From: Podarcis erhardii
Taxonomy: Eukaryota
DNA length: 64,000 bases
Reading direction: 5' to 3' (one strand)
NCBI GenBank assembly: GCA_964252035.1
Contig: OZ176214.1
Made by a program: the position numbers and the translations under genes. The notes below the pieces were generated by a model. That model was not told the DNA's origin. It saw only the letters and a program-made list of their open reading frames with translations, and searched no databases. This document shows positions 11,395 to 22,365 of the stretch, piece by piece (position 1 is the stretch's first letter; every line of letters starts with the position of its first letter).

Positions 11395-11428
11395 CTGAAG
11401 ATGACGAGTGAGACCTCGTCGAAACGTC
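11395..11428 (+). ncRNA. Minimal hammerhead ribozyme core (copy 2, inverted pseudo-LTR)
   Basis: Same sequence as 7125-7158. Confidence 0.7.
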
Positions 11429-11479
11429 GCCTAGACACCCCAACTTTTACACGGGAAGACACCCGAGGACACCAAAACC

Positions 11480-11520
<41 letters not shown>

Positions 11521-12040
11521 CGAGGAAGCACATGCTATGTTACAAAATGACTGCAGCATCGCAGCAAATCCTACCCTGACATACTGGTGATACATGTGAC
11601 ATTTCAATCACGTGGCACATTCTAGGGGATATAGCCATGAGTATAAAAATCATAAGGAAATTACAAAGTGAAGTGGTGAAATTGTCCGCCTCAATCTGCT
11701 CTCCATTTTCCAATTACCTTTAATTATCTTAATGTACATTTTCAGACTCAAAATTAGCGGCAGCCACATGATGTAACCCTCTTAATGTCCTAAGGGTCCA
11801 CTTTAGGCTCTTTCAATTCCATTTCTGTCCTTCACAGTATGATCTCCCCTCTCAGACCTTGTTCTTTCTGAGGCTGTGAAACCATGACTGAGCTGTGCCA
11901 CTTCAGGCTACAGGAAGTCTCTGCCATCACAGAATAGGCCTCTGTTCCAAAACAATTAACAGCACATGGGAAATTAGATGCCCCATGGAGATGGGATTTG
12001 ACTTAAGTCTTCTCCCTGTCATGCCAGGGCTGCAGATATT

Positions 12041-12428
12041 TATTTAGATATTTAAAGGCTGTGTTTTCATAATATTACAGCAAGGCCGTGTATAACATTC
12101 AAAATTGCAGTAAGATCAATAAGAACATCAATAAATACTGGTCAGGAAAAAGGAAATTGTGCCTCAAAAGCCTGTCTGAATAACACCAAGGAGTTACTGG
12201 CAAGGAGTTCCTCAGGGCAGGGCCCACCACAGAGGCAGGGCTCAGTCCCCAGCAAAGGCCATCCAAAACTCAGAGATGTGGGGAAACACCAGAATTGCCC
12301 CATCAGAGGAGATCTCAATGATCAAAGTAAAGCAGAAGGAATCAGTTTTTTAGTGCTCCAGAGATGTTTAAGGCTTTGTGCATTAACACAAGAACCTTGA
12401 ATGTGGCCCAGTATCAAACTGGGAGGCA
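12041..12428 (-). mobile_element. Degenerate L2 3' fragment
   Basis: Minus strand translates to LPV*YWATFKVLVLMHKALN, followed by an L2-like 3' UTR ending in taaataaata. Confidence 0.65.
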
Positions 12429-12786
12429 GGCAGGCATGAAGGAAGCAAGGAGTCAGCATGAATGGGCAGTGCTATTTTTCTAGGAAAAAGAGGTGTTGGA
12501 ACTTGCCATGAACCCCTCCCTTGTTTGCTTATAATGGCAATGGTGCCCACCAGAGAGGTGCCGGAACTGAATTCCAGTTACTGGGTTGGTACCATGATGG
12601 CACGGGGGCAGGGTAGGGTGGTAACAAACTTGGGGCTGGCTTCATGCTGGTTCTGCTGGTTCACTCATTGCTGGTGCACCACTGCCTGTTCCTGCTTTCC
12701 ACCATCTTGGTACCATCATAGTAAATGGCAGTAACTCTACTGTTGGAAGGACAATGGCATGGCACTGCCCAAACTCACCAGATGCT

Positions 12787-12810
12787 AGAGAGAGAGAGAG
12801 AGAGAGAGAG
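12787..12810. repeat. (AG)n microsatellite
   Basis: Direct reading. Confidence 0.95.
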
Positions 12811-14529
12811 ATTGTAATGAAACTTCAAAGGGATTACAAAAAGAATGAAATAATAAAATTACCAGTAAAACAGTTCAAAACAGCTATTTAAAACATTTAA
12901 AAATAAATAAATCTTCAATGTTAAAAAAAATTAGATTAGAATGCATGTCATCGTTGTACATACCTGGAATGGCTTGCTTAAACAAATATGTTTTTAGCAG
13001 GTACCAAAAAGAGTACAGTGAAACAGCTTGCGTCATAAAAGACTCGTAATGGTAGATAGATATAACCCCCACCTGCTTCTTAAGGTGGTGCTGCCCAGGT
13101 AGAACTATATGGCTTCAGTGACAACTGGGCCTTTGAGTACTTTGGAGTGTTTGGAAACCTCCTTCCAGCTTCATTTAAATAAAAACAGAAGCACATAAAT
13201 AATTATTAATTGCCTGGGGGGGTGGAACCCTTGCTAAGCCTACATTTATGTAGGTTGAACAAATATCCCAACTGAGAGAAAGAGCGAGCAAGGCATCTGA
13301 AATCCTTTAAATTAATAATCAAAAGTTCACATCACGTCTCAGACAAATCAAACTTAGCCAGGAAGACGAGAAGCAGAAATTATTAACTCTGTAGTCAAGC
13401 TGATGGAGGTTCAGTGAGATCATTTTGTTCAAAGATTAAAGGTGATGAGTGCTAAAGTAATTGAGGAGGATGACTATGACAATATTAGACTAGAACCATT
13501 AAAGTCAGTAATGATCAAAAGTTAATTATCAAAGCAGAGAGAACTACTCAATGCAGACAATTTGTGTCAATAGCTAGCTATCCCAAGAAAGAGAACTGGG
13601 TGAGAGAAGGGACTAATTTGGAGACAGTATTTTCTTATAATGACATTACAGCAAAGATGCATATTTCAAAAGATGTTGGCTACAAAAAGAGAGATTAAGA
13701 AAATAATGCATTTTTCCCCTGATCAGAGAATAATAATTATCTCTAATTGACAAACCTGCTGCATACAACATGTTTTCATACAATGTATTTTTGCATTCAA
13801 ATGCAACGTGTACTCAAATGAAGCATCAATGAATGGTGCTTTGATTTCAGTATTCCTCATAGTTGCCAGATTTTCTATGTGTTTCTTTATTAGAGGGGAG
13901 TCCCAGCACTGCCTAAGTACTTTCAGAAACCTCCCAAAAAATGTAATTTTAAAGTGGACAGTGTAGTTTTGGAGCTTGGAATAGGTTTAACAATGTCTTG
14001 ATATGTTGTCACCAAACTTGGCACATGGGTTCCCGTAGTGTTGGTGAGGGTTAACATTTATGTTTTCATGCTGGACTCCATTTTAAATCAAGCTGGTAGA
14101 CTAAACTGTTACTTTGGCATGACTTCTCCCAGTTTTTGGCATGAAGGGTCTAAACTCACAAATTACACTATCCATTTAAAATTCACAAAATTTGAGAGTT
14201 TCTTTATTTATTTTTAAAGCATGGCCAGCACCAGACACTCCTCTACTATATATTTTAGGAAATTGCTTGTCTATGTCTTCTCTATGCATTTAGACACCTC
14301 TTGAAATAAAATCACCAAACAAGTTTTCTTGTTATTTTGTTATTTGGATTTCTGGGCAGTGCTGGGCACTTCCCACTAGCTGTTACTATTTTAAACTTGT
14401 CACACAAAAAATGGCATCTTTGCAATGCTCAGAAAATAAAAATGCAGCAAAACAATAGTGACAACTTTATTCCAAAATGTAATATCAGCATTTCCAGAAA
14501 GCTTTCAATAAGCCCCAAATCAGCAACAA

Positions 14530-14782
14530 AGAGCCAGTGTGGTGTAGTGGTTAAGACCGGTGGACTCGTAATCTGGGGAACCGGGTTCGCTTCCCCGCTC
14601 CTCCACATGCAGCTGCTGGGTGACCTTGGGCCAGTCACACTTCTCTGAAGTCTCTTAGCCCCACTCACCTCACAGAGTGTGTGTTGTGGGGGAGGAAGGG
14701 AAAGGAGAATGTTAGCCGCTTTGAGACTCCTTAAAGGGAGTGAAAGGCGGGATATCAAATCCAAACTCTTCTTCTTCTTCTT
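14530..14782 (+). mobile_element. tRNA-derived SINE, Squam3-like
   Basis: A box tggtgtagtggtta, B box gggttcgcttccc, CORE-like segment and (ctt)n tail. Near-identical to 5541-5790. Confidence 0.88.
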
Positions 14783-15134
14783 GTTGTGCAACCTTAACGA
14801 CTTTAAAAATCTATTATGGTATAATAAGCATTTGTGTGCTAGAGTCCACTTCATGATATCCATCTCTGCATTTTTAATAGCAGTGTTTTAATAAACAATC
14901 CTGTAACATTTCATATCAATGAACATGACATCAGCATTTCAATAAACCATAAAACGCCAGACTCTATAAAGGAGCAGCAGAAATAATGAAATCTATCCTA
15001 GTAACAATAAGAAACTGCTTAGCAAAACTGAAGAGAATAGACAGAAAAAGGGAAAGGGAAATCTTTTGGACCCTAACTCCACAACCCTTATTAAAGCAAT
15101 ATATTTATTAAGCTAACCAATAGATTAAACCAGA

Positions 15135-15312
15135 GTTGGGCAGAGTTGTAGCTCAGTGGCAAAATATCTGCTTTTCACAATTCCCAGCATCTCCAGGGCT
15201 GGGAAGGATACGTTATACGTTAAATGCTGGAGAGTTTCTGCCAGTAAGTGTAGGCAGCATGAGCCAAATGGACCCTAACAGTGTGACTCAGTAGGAGGCA
15301 ACTTCCTATGTT
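15135..15312 (+). mobile_element. Degenerate tRNA-derived SINE with CR1-like tail (Squam2-like)
   Basis: gtagctcagtggc A box and a tail atggaccc...tgactcagtaggaggcaacttcctatgtt. Related copies at about 35583-35705, 38898-39075, 52760-52940 (all minus) and 62535-62680 (plus). Confidence 0.55.
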
Positions 15313-15386
15313 TCTATCACAAAATATGGGGTACACTTTTGAGTTCCACAGAACTTTAATCAGGCTGGGTGATAATCCAAACTGGG

Positions 15387-15391
15387 GTGTA

Positions 15392-15446
<55 letters not shown>

Positions 15447-15447
15447 G
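15387..15447. repeat. (GTGTAT)n hexanucleotide microsatellite
   Basis: About 10 tandem GTGTAT units. Confidence 0.95.
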
Positions 15448-16454
15448 CATGGCCTTAAACATCAGCACATTTTCCCCCCTTCCCATCTCAAAATGGCTCC
15501 CATTTGCCTACTAGCCTTGTCTTAGCTTCCCTATGGTAGTGCTCACTTCCTTCATTCCGCCTATCTGTGGCCACATTGCCTACACCTGCTGCCTCTTTTA
15601 TATCATCCCTTTGGATTTTGTTCAAGTTTGTTTGGGATAAGCAATCATGTCAGAGCCAGCCCTACCATTAGGCACAGATGGCCACCTCAAGTAGTAGAGG
15701 CTGTGCAGGCAGGAAGCAACAATAGTAGCCCCTCTTCATGTGCCTAAGGCTACCAGTCTGCTGGAGAACAGAGCTGTGCCACCTGGCCTGCCTTCATATG
15801 CAGCGGAGGATACCATCCCCTTGCCAATGTTGATTCGGCCAACTTTTTCACATACGGTAGGGAACGTCCTTCACTTCAGACTGCAAAATGTCTTGGGCCG
15901 ACCCTATATGCAGACATTTTGGCAGAGGGAAAGGGACTTGTCAACTGGCTGCTGGCATTGGGATCAGAGGTGCTTACCCTTGGTGGACACACCTTGAGGC
16001 CACAAGATTCCACAAACTCAAATGATTGCTTTCTCATTCTTGAACCTTTTCTGGCTCCTCAGAAAAGTCCACAACACTATTTTTAGTGTCAGCTTTGCTG
16101 TGTTCATCAAAATAAACTGCATGGTGCACACTTGTCTTACCAGTTTGTAAGTCCAAAATGCTTTATCCCTTGCCTCCAGAGGTGTACCCCACAAGGATAC
16201 CTGCTTGTGCCCTGGAGTCAAGCTTGTCTCTATGTTCTTTGGGGACGTGGTAGTAACATAGACTTCCAAACACACATATGTGTCACAGGTTGGGAACTCT
16301 CCCATGCCAAAGTTTGAAAGGTGTGCATTTAGCTCCCTTGGTTCTGGAGATACACTGCTGTGTTTGCTGAATCTGACCACAGCTTCTGTGGCAGGGATGC
16401 ATCCTTTAACATGCATCTTGCCATCTCCATGATGGATCTAAACTTTCTCTCAGC

Positions 16455-16838
16455 TATGGAGTTCTGTTGTGGTGTGTAGGGAATGGACTTGTTGCATGGG
16501 GTAGTTATAAACAGAACTGTGTAGCATTATCTTCCACAGAAGCAGAGTATGTTGCAGCTACAGAAGCATGCAGAGAGGTTGCCTGGCTGGATCAACTCAT
16601 TAAGGACTTTGGGTTGGTGAGCAAGGTACCTGTTAAGCTGCTAGAGGACAGTCAGAGTTGCATGAAGCTATCTCTGAGTGAGAAGTTCCACACAAGAATG
16701 AAATACATTGGCGTAAAGTACCACTACATTCGCGAAATGATTCAGAGTGGACTTGTGGAACTCTCTTATTGCAACACCAAAAAGATGACTGCTGACAAAG
16801 CCCCTGCCAAGAAAGAGTTTCCAGAATCTAAGTGTTAA
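16455..16838 (+). pseudogene. Ty1/copia pol RNase H fragment
   Basis: AWGSYKQNCVALSSTEAEYVAA...EDSQSC...RMKYIGVKYHYIRE...MTAD matches the copia RNase H motifs SWxSKKQxxVALSSTEAEY, DNQSA, RTKHIDxRYHFIRE and MxAD. Confidence 0.9.
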
Positions 16839-16906
16839 GCTGGGACTCTGGGTAGTTGATTAAAGTTGTTTACTTTTGTAAATGTTGTATTGCCTGAGAA
16901 GGGGTA

Positions 16907-17494
16907 TGTGGGATGTAAAAACGGATTGCAGTCAAATACAGTGGTACCTCAGGTTACATACGCTTCAGGTTACAGACTCCGCTAACCCAGAAATAGTACC
17001 TCGGGTTAAGAACTTTGCTTCAGGATGAGAACAGAAATCACGCGGCGGCAGCGGGAGGCCCCATTAGCTAAAGTGGTGCTTCAGGTTAAAACAGTTTCAG
17101 GTTAAGAACGGACCTCCAGAACGAATTAAATACATAACCAGAGGTACCACTTTACAACATTCCTACAATGCACATGCTGGGGAATGCTAGTTCCTCCTGA
17201 GCTGGGACAGACTTCCTTTGCATGTGATTTAACGTGGGTGTGGCCTGTTCTGCTCTTCTTGTTCTCCCTTTTTGTGTTCCTAAGAGTTAGGAGAAGTGAC
17301 TGCTGAGTCACAGTCACTTGAGACTATTTCCCTTATGGGATACTTCACATAGTTATATGTTGTTCTGTAAATTAAGTCTGCCTTCAGGGATCTTATTGTG
17401 AACTGGATGGTTGTAAGTAAACTAGTTTTATGTTAACTTTAATCAGATGGTTGTGTCTATTCTTTCAGGAGGGATATAAAAAGGGATCTTAACA
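16907..17494 (+). mobile_element. Probable copia 3' LTR (TGT...ACA), interrupted by a MITE
   Basis: Polypurine tract GAGAAGGGG at 16896-16904 lies just before TGTGGG at 16907. Putative end cttaACA at 17494; AGTAAA poly(A)-like signal near 17417. The right boundary is inferred. Confidence 0.65.
16939..17152. mobile_element. Tc1/mariner (Tigger/pogo-like) MITE with TA TSD
   Basis: TIR CAGTGGTACCTC...GAGGTACCACT(T), with TA on both sides (16937-38, 17153-54). Same family as 60259-60497. Confidence 0.85.
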
Positions 17495-18572
17495 GGAATC
17501 CTAAATAGTGATGCATAGATGAGCCTGCAGCCAGCAAACCACTGTGTAATTTAAAAGGGGGATTGTTTAACAACTCTGCTAAGTTATAGAACTTGCTGAT
17601 GAAAGTTAGGAAGGATATAATAAAATAATATATCCTCTCCTGCATCCCTAAACATCCCCACACACATCACTACAGTCAACTTCCTGATAGCTTTTTCCCA
17701 TCTCCACTGAGAAAGCAGTTGACGAGAAGAGGGACATTGAGAAGCCCACAGACATATGGCACATTATATAGGCGGAAAATTCAGAAGCAGCAGATTATGC
17801 CATCAAAATATGTATATATATATCTCTCTCACACACACATATGAACGACATTACCACTAAAATCTCCAACAGCTTAAACAGCTTGATAGACTTTAGCCAT
17901 TCTGCCATCCATGCCCCCAGCTGTGTTGCTTAGCAACATTTTAATTCAAGAAGAATGGATGGAGATGAAATCCCTGCGGAGAGGGAAACAGAAATAAGAG
18001 GGCCGTTGACAGATGATCTGAGTTGTTTCTTCTAATATACTGTGAAGATCACCAGCTCTTTTCATGAATGATAAATGGACTGTATACAGATCAATGGATT
18101 CAGCAATAAACTGGAACCAGCCTCTGAATCTGAGGCGGTGCAGGCCAAGAGGCCTGGATAGTTACTCATTTAGAAGATTTGGAGTGTGTTTTCTTAAAGG
18201 TTTCACAGGAGGAAATTGATCTGAACATTTGGTCATCCCATCTTGCCTTTTTCTGTTGATGGCTAATATAAAATAGCTTTGGAGAAAGAATCTATTCTGC
18301 CATGATAGATATAATTCTTCTGATCTCATTGTTTAAGACTGACAGTAGCTAAGAGGAAGTTAATTTCTCAGTTGCTGCAATAATTCTAAACAAATTTACT
18401 TCCTGGTTTGTTAGATCTGTGCCAATTTGTGATGACCATAAAATCTAAATTTTAAAAAGCATAAAAAACTTGAAGAGTGCAATTCTATGCATTTCTATTT
18501 GAAAGTGACTCCCACTGGCTTTCAGTTAGTTCCCCCCCCCACACACACACATATAGTGTTGTTGGCTAATAA

Positions 18573-20502
18573 CACTGGTCAACAACAAATTTGTTGTCTG
18601 CGTTTTTTCAGCTGATTTAGGATGAATCTGATGCGCTGAATCCAAAAATCACATTGGTTTTGCTCAATCAGGTCAAGTTTTTGAGCTATGGCCACATGTC
18701 TTTTTTATGTTTTTGTTCACATGTACGCTTGTGTGGAGCATTTTAGAAGAAGTTGGGGGGGGGAGTAAAATGCCTTGTCAAATAATTGTTTTGATTGGAA
18801 ATGATTATTTTAATGACAAGAAGTATTCAGGTCCGATAGTTCTGGGTGATTATGTCAAAAAGGGATCAGTTTGAAGTCATAAAAGCTTGAAATCTTCCAT
18901 AAATCGGTCCCACAAAGCATAAAGTTGGGGGATCAAAACTAAGTTAATGGGGCAGCCGCCCCACGAAGTTTCCTGATCTTCAATCAGCACATCGTCCTGT
19001 AGCTCATTGTGATGAAATTCCAGTGCCTATCTTCGGAGAACTTCCTGACATTAGTGATGAAGATGCCTCCAGTGTTGAAGGACATGAAGAAGAAGAAGTG
19101 GTTCTTGAAGATGATGCTCCACATCCATTTTCCCAAAAGGAGTTGAATGATCTAGTTCGCGACCTCAGCTTGTCAAAGGACTTTGCTGAACTGTTGGCAT
19201 CCAGATTGAAGGGAAAAAACCTCCTCTCTGACAGTGCTCGCATCAGCTTCTTGCGCAACAGGCATCAAGAGTACTTCCATTTTTTCTCGGAAGAGAAGGA
19301 CTTGGTGTACTGTGCAGATATTGCGCAGCTTCTGCTGAAGCTTGGAATGCCACAGTACGAACCCAAAGATTGGAGACTGTTCATTGACAGCAGCAAGCAA
19401 TCACTGAAATGTGTTCTGCTACACAACGGCAACCAGTTTGCCACTATACCCCTGGCTCACTCGAGTACACTGGAGGAGAACTATGAAGCGGTGAAGTATG
19501 TGCTGGAGAAAATTGGTTATGATCAGCATAAGTGGTTTATTTGTGTTGACCTGAAGATGGTGAACTTTTTGTTGGGACAATAGTCTGGCTTCACCAAATA
19601 CCCATGTTTTCTGTGCATGTGGAATAGTAGGGACCATGCTCAGCATTACACGAAGAAGGACTGGTCTGTGCGGGAGGAATTGGTGCCTTGCAAAGAAAGG
19701 AACGTCATCAACGACCCTCTGGTGGACAGAGACAGAATACTCTTCCCACCGCTGCACATCAAGCTCAGCTTAATCAAGCAGTTCACCAAGGCTCTGGACA
19801 AGGATGGTGACTGCTTCATTTACTTGTGCCAGGCTTTTCCAGGATTGACCATGGAGAAGTTGAAAGGTGGCATCTTTGACGGCCCTCAGATCCGTCAGCT
19901 CATCAGAGATCCAGAGTTCGGAAACTCAATGAACAAAGTGGAACTGGAAGCATGGAAGGCATTTGTTCTGGTAGTGAAGAACTTTCTTGGCAACAATAAG
20001 GCCAGAAACTACGCAGAACTTGTCAACAACATGCTGACTGCTTTCAGAAACCTGGGCTGCAACATGAGCGTCAAGATGCACTACCTATTTTCACATATGG
20101 ACCGGTTTCCTGAGAACCTGGGTTCAATGAGTGATGAGCAGGGGGAGAGATTCCATCAGTACATGAAAGAGATGGAGACCAGGTATCAGGGTCGCTGGGA
20201 CGCAGTCATGATGGCTGACTACTGTTGGACTCTGAAGAGAGACCTCCGTGCTCCTGAGCATTCCAGGAGTTCCAAGAAACAGAAGTTCAAGCCCCGAAGT
20301 TTGAAAAATGGTGAAGCAACATGCAATTTACGTGTTGCATAAATCAATGCCCTTTATCAATGCCCACCATTCAGTTTACAGAAAACCTGACCTGATGGAG
20401 AGAAACGGATGCCATTTCCTGATTCAGCAGTGCAAAAATACCCTAAATCAGTTGTAGAAATCTAGACAACATTCAAAAAGTAAAAAAAAATGTTGCCCAG
20501 TG
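18573..20502 (+). mobile_element. Chapaev3-type (CMC superfamily) DNA transposon with both TIRs and a 3-bp TAA TSD
   Basis: Left CACTGGTCAACA and right TGTTGCCCAGTG (11/12 inverted match). TAA at 18570-72 and 20503-05. Subterminal inverted similarity (ctgatttagg, gctgaatc, atcaggtca). Transposase inside. Confidence 0.9.
18966..20342 (+). pseudogene. Chapaev3 DDE transposase with a single premature stop (TAG 19581-19583) and no recognisable N-terminus
   Basis: Track ORFs 19023-19583 and 19617-20342 are in one frame. Motifs include FPDLQSAHRPVAH, FSQKELNDLVRDLSLSK, FIDSS, CVDLKMV, GQ*SGFTKYPCFLC, PPLHIKL, KMHYLFSH and SDEQGERFHQ. Confidence 0.88.
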
Positions 20503-20904
20503 TAATATGTAACTTCAGACTATTAAACTGTGTGTCTGTTTATCTGAATTTCTAGAGTATTAATGACTGGAATTCAAAAACATTTAATCAGGAGGGAGAG
20601 GGTGATTAAGTCATTCTGTTCACAGTCAAACTCATACAAGCACAAGTCCACAATCCCATTCTCTCATGCAGGCATGAAATCCATCACAGCAATGTCTTGC
20701 GTACCCACACATTCACAAGCCATTAGCCAAAGGTAAATGGAGATGTGGACACCATTTTGACCCAGATTAAAAAAGTTTTATTCATTTTATGCCCTTGCCC
20801 ATTATGTTTAGATTCTTCATATGAAATTAAGAACATAAGAATAGCCAATGACCCGTCCACTACCTTGCTTTCACAGGGGCCACCCAAATGCCCAGAGGAA
20901 ACTC

Positions 20905-21085
20905 TCACAGGACCTTAACACAAGAGCATTTCCCCCTCCTGTGGTTTCCAGCAACTAGCATTCAGAAGCATTACTGCCTCCACAGCTGCAGGCAGAGCAT
21001 ACCTATTATGGCTAGTACCCACTGATAGTCTTATCCTCCATTAACTTGTTCAATCATCTTTTAAAGCCATCCAGGTTGGTGGCCT
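20905..21085 (-). mobile_element. CR1-type 3' end/UTR fragment
   Basis: Minus strand ggccaccaacctggatggctttaaaagatgattgaacaagttaatggaggataag. Related to 27870-28058 (plus) and about 51800-51890. Confidence 0.6.
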
Positions 21086-22200
21086 CCAGTGGGAATGAGC
21101 TCCCCTAGGCTGACTATTTGTTGTGCAAATTTTAGCCATGTAAAGGAACTCAAGGAGAAGCTGTGGATTTGGGGTGATTTAAAAACAAGCAAACCCCTAA
21201 TTGCCATGGTATCAATCAAGCCCCTTGAAGCATAGCTGTCAACTTTTCCCTTTTCTTGCGAGGAATCCTATTTGGAGTAAGGGAATTTCCCTTTAAAAAA
21301 GGGAAATGTTGATAGCTATGCCTTGAAGTGTCTTGGTTTTGACTTTTCCCCTCACTCTACAGAATTTAACACCCCTTTGTCCAAGTCCTTTGCATTCAAG
21401 TCTGCCCCTACTCAGCAGGACAGCAAAGTCACATTCCTGGGGGTTTTGAGCCCACCTCACCTCATTATATTTGACATAATGCCTAAACATATTCTCAGGC
21501 CTAGGCACAAAGGAATCTACATGTCTGCACATGGTTTAGCCATTTCAACAAATGTGTTAAGGTGCTGGCAGCTGCTGCACATGCATGCAACCTTCTGAAC
21601 CGTATGTCAGTTTGACCCATTTTCAGATAACAGAGCTCCAGAAGTTCAGCACTATGTGCACTTTGCCCCAGCTTCTGGTTAAAATATGTGCATTGCTTGA
21701 CTGGCAGACACAGATTAGCCAGGATCTTGAGAGAGACTCAATTCACAAGTAATCCAAGCTTGTGTAGGAGATGCTTCTGGTGAGCACCGCACTCTATGGT
21801 CCTGCATTCATTACCATGGTCACAGGAGCAAAGGTGATTACAGACGTCTCTGTTACCCAGCTAGCGCCATTCCTCCCAGTGGGGTGCAAATAGCATTGGA
21901 AAGGGCTCCACAATCCACTCTGTCCTTGTGGCCACATTAAGGTTACACCACAGAAGCTGCTCCTCAGTGGTGACTGCACATGTATTGGAGGCCACTGTGA
22001 GATCCCCAGCATTCATGCCATCGCTTTACCATCTGCCTCTCTCAGGTTCTGTGGTGTTGCAATTTTTCTACCAGTCTGCAGCACCACTAACCCATTAAAA
22101 GCGATAAACAGTTGTTTCTCTTGCTGTGCTTCCTGCTTAATTATGGAGGCTTCCAGTACAATATTGTGCATATTCATTTGCAGTTCTCAGAAATATGCTG

Positions 22201-22202
<2 letters not shown>

Positions 22203-22234
<32 letters not shown>
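22203..22234. repeat. (GT)n microsatellite
   Basis: Direct reading. Confidence 0.95.
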
Positions 22235-22235
<1 letters not shown>

Positions 22236-22327
22236 TTAAGAAAATATTTTGGGTTTACCTCTGTCTTTCTAAAAGGCTGCTCTTGCTAAGATTAACTAAC
22301 TGCTCTTTCACTTTCCTATTTTTATAG

Positions 22328-22365
22328 ACTGCAGAGAAGACAAAGCCTCGAAACATTCCTGTAAA
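22328..22365 (+). other. Candidate 38-nt exon (alternative donor gives 33 nt)
   Basis: Branch point CTAAC at 22296-22300, pyrimidine tract ctctttcactttcctatttttatAG, and donor GTAAGT at 22366. Confidence 0.35.

Larger units (their letters stand above)
9924..11483 (-). mobile_element. Penelope-like retroelement copy 2: body 10903->9924 (minus strand) plus inverted 576-bp pseudo-LTR 10908-11483
   Basis: 9924-10903 is the reverse complement of copy 1 positions 6263-7242, and 10908-11483 equals copy 1 positions 6638-7213. GIY-YIG ORF on the minus strand (track ORF 10025-11008). Flanked by (TA)n on both sides. Confidence 0.93.

Noticed and set aside
14530-14600. tRNA-like A/B boxes in SINE heads (also 26903 and 48250)
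   Set aside because: These are tRNA-derived SINE promoters; no cloverleaf or anticodon structure of a real tRNA gene is present.
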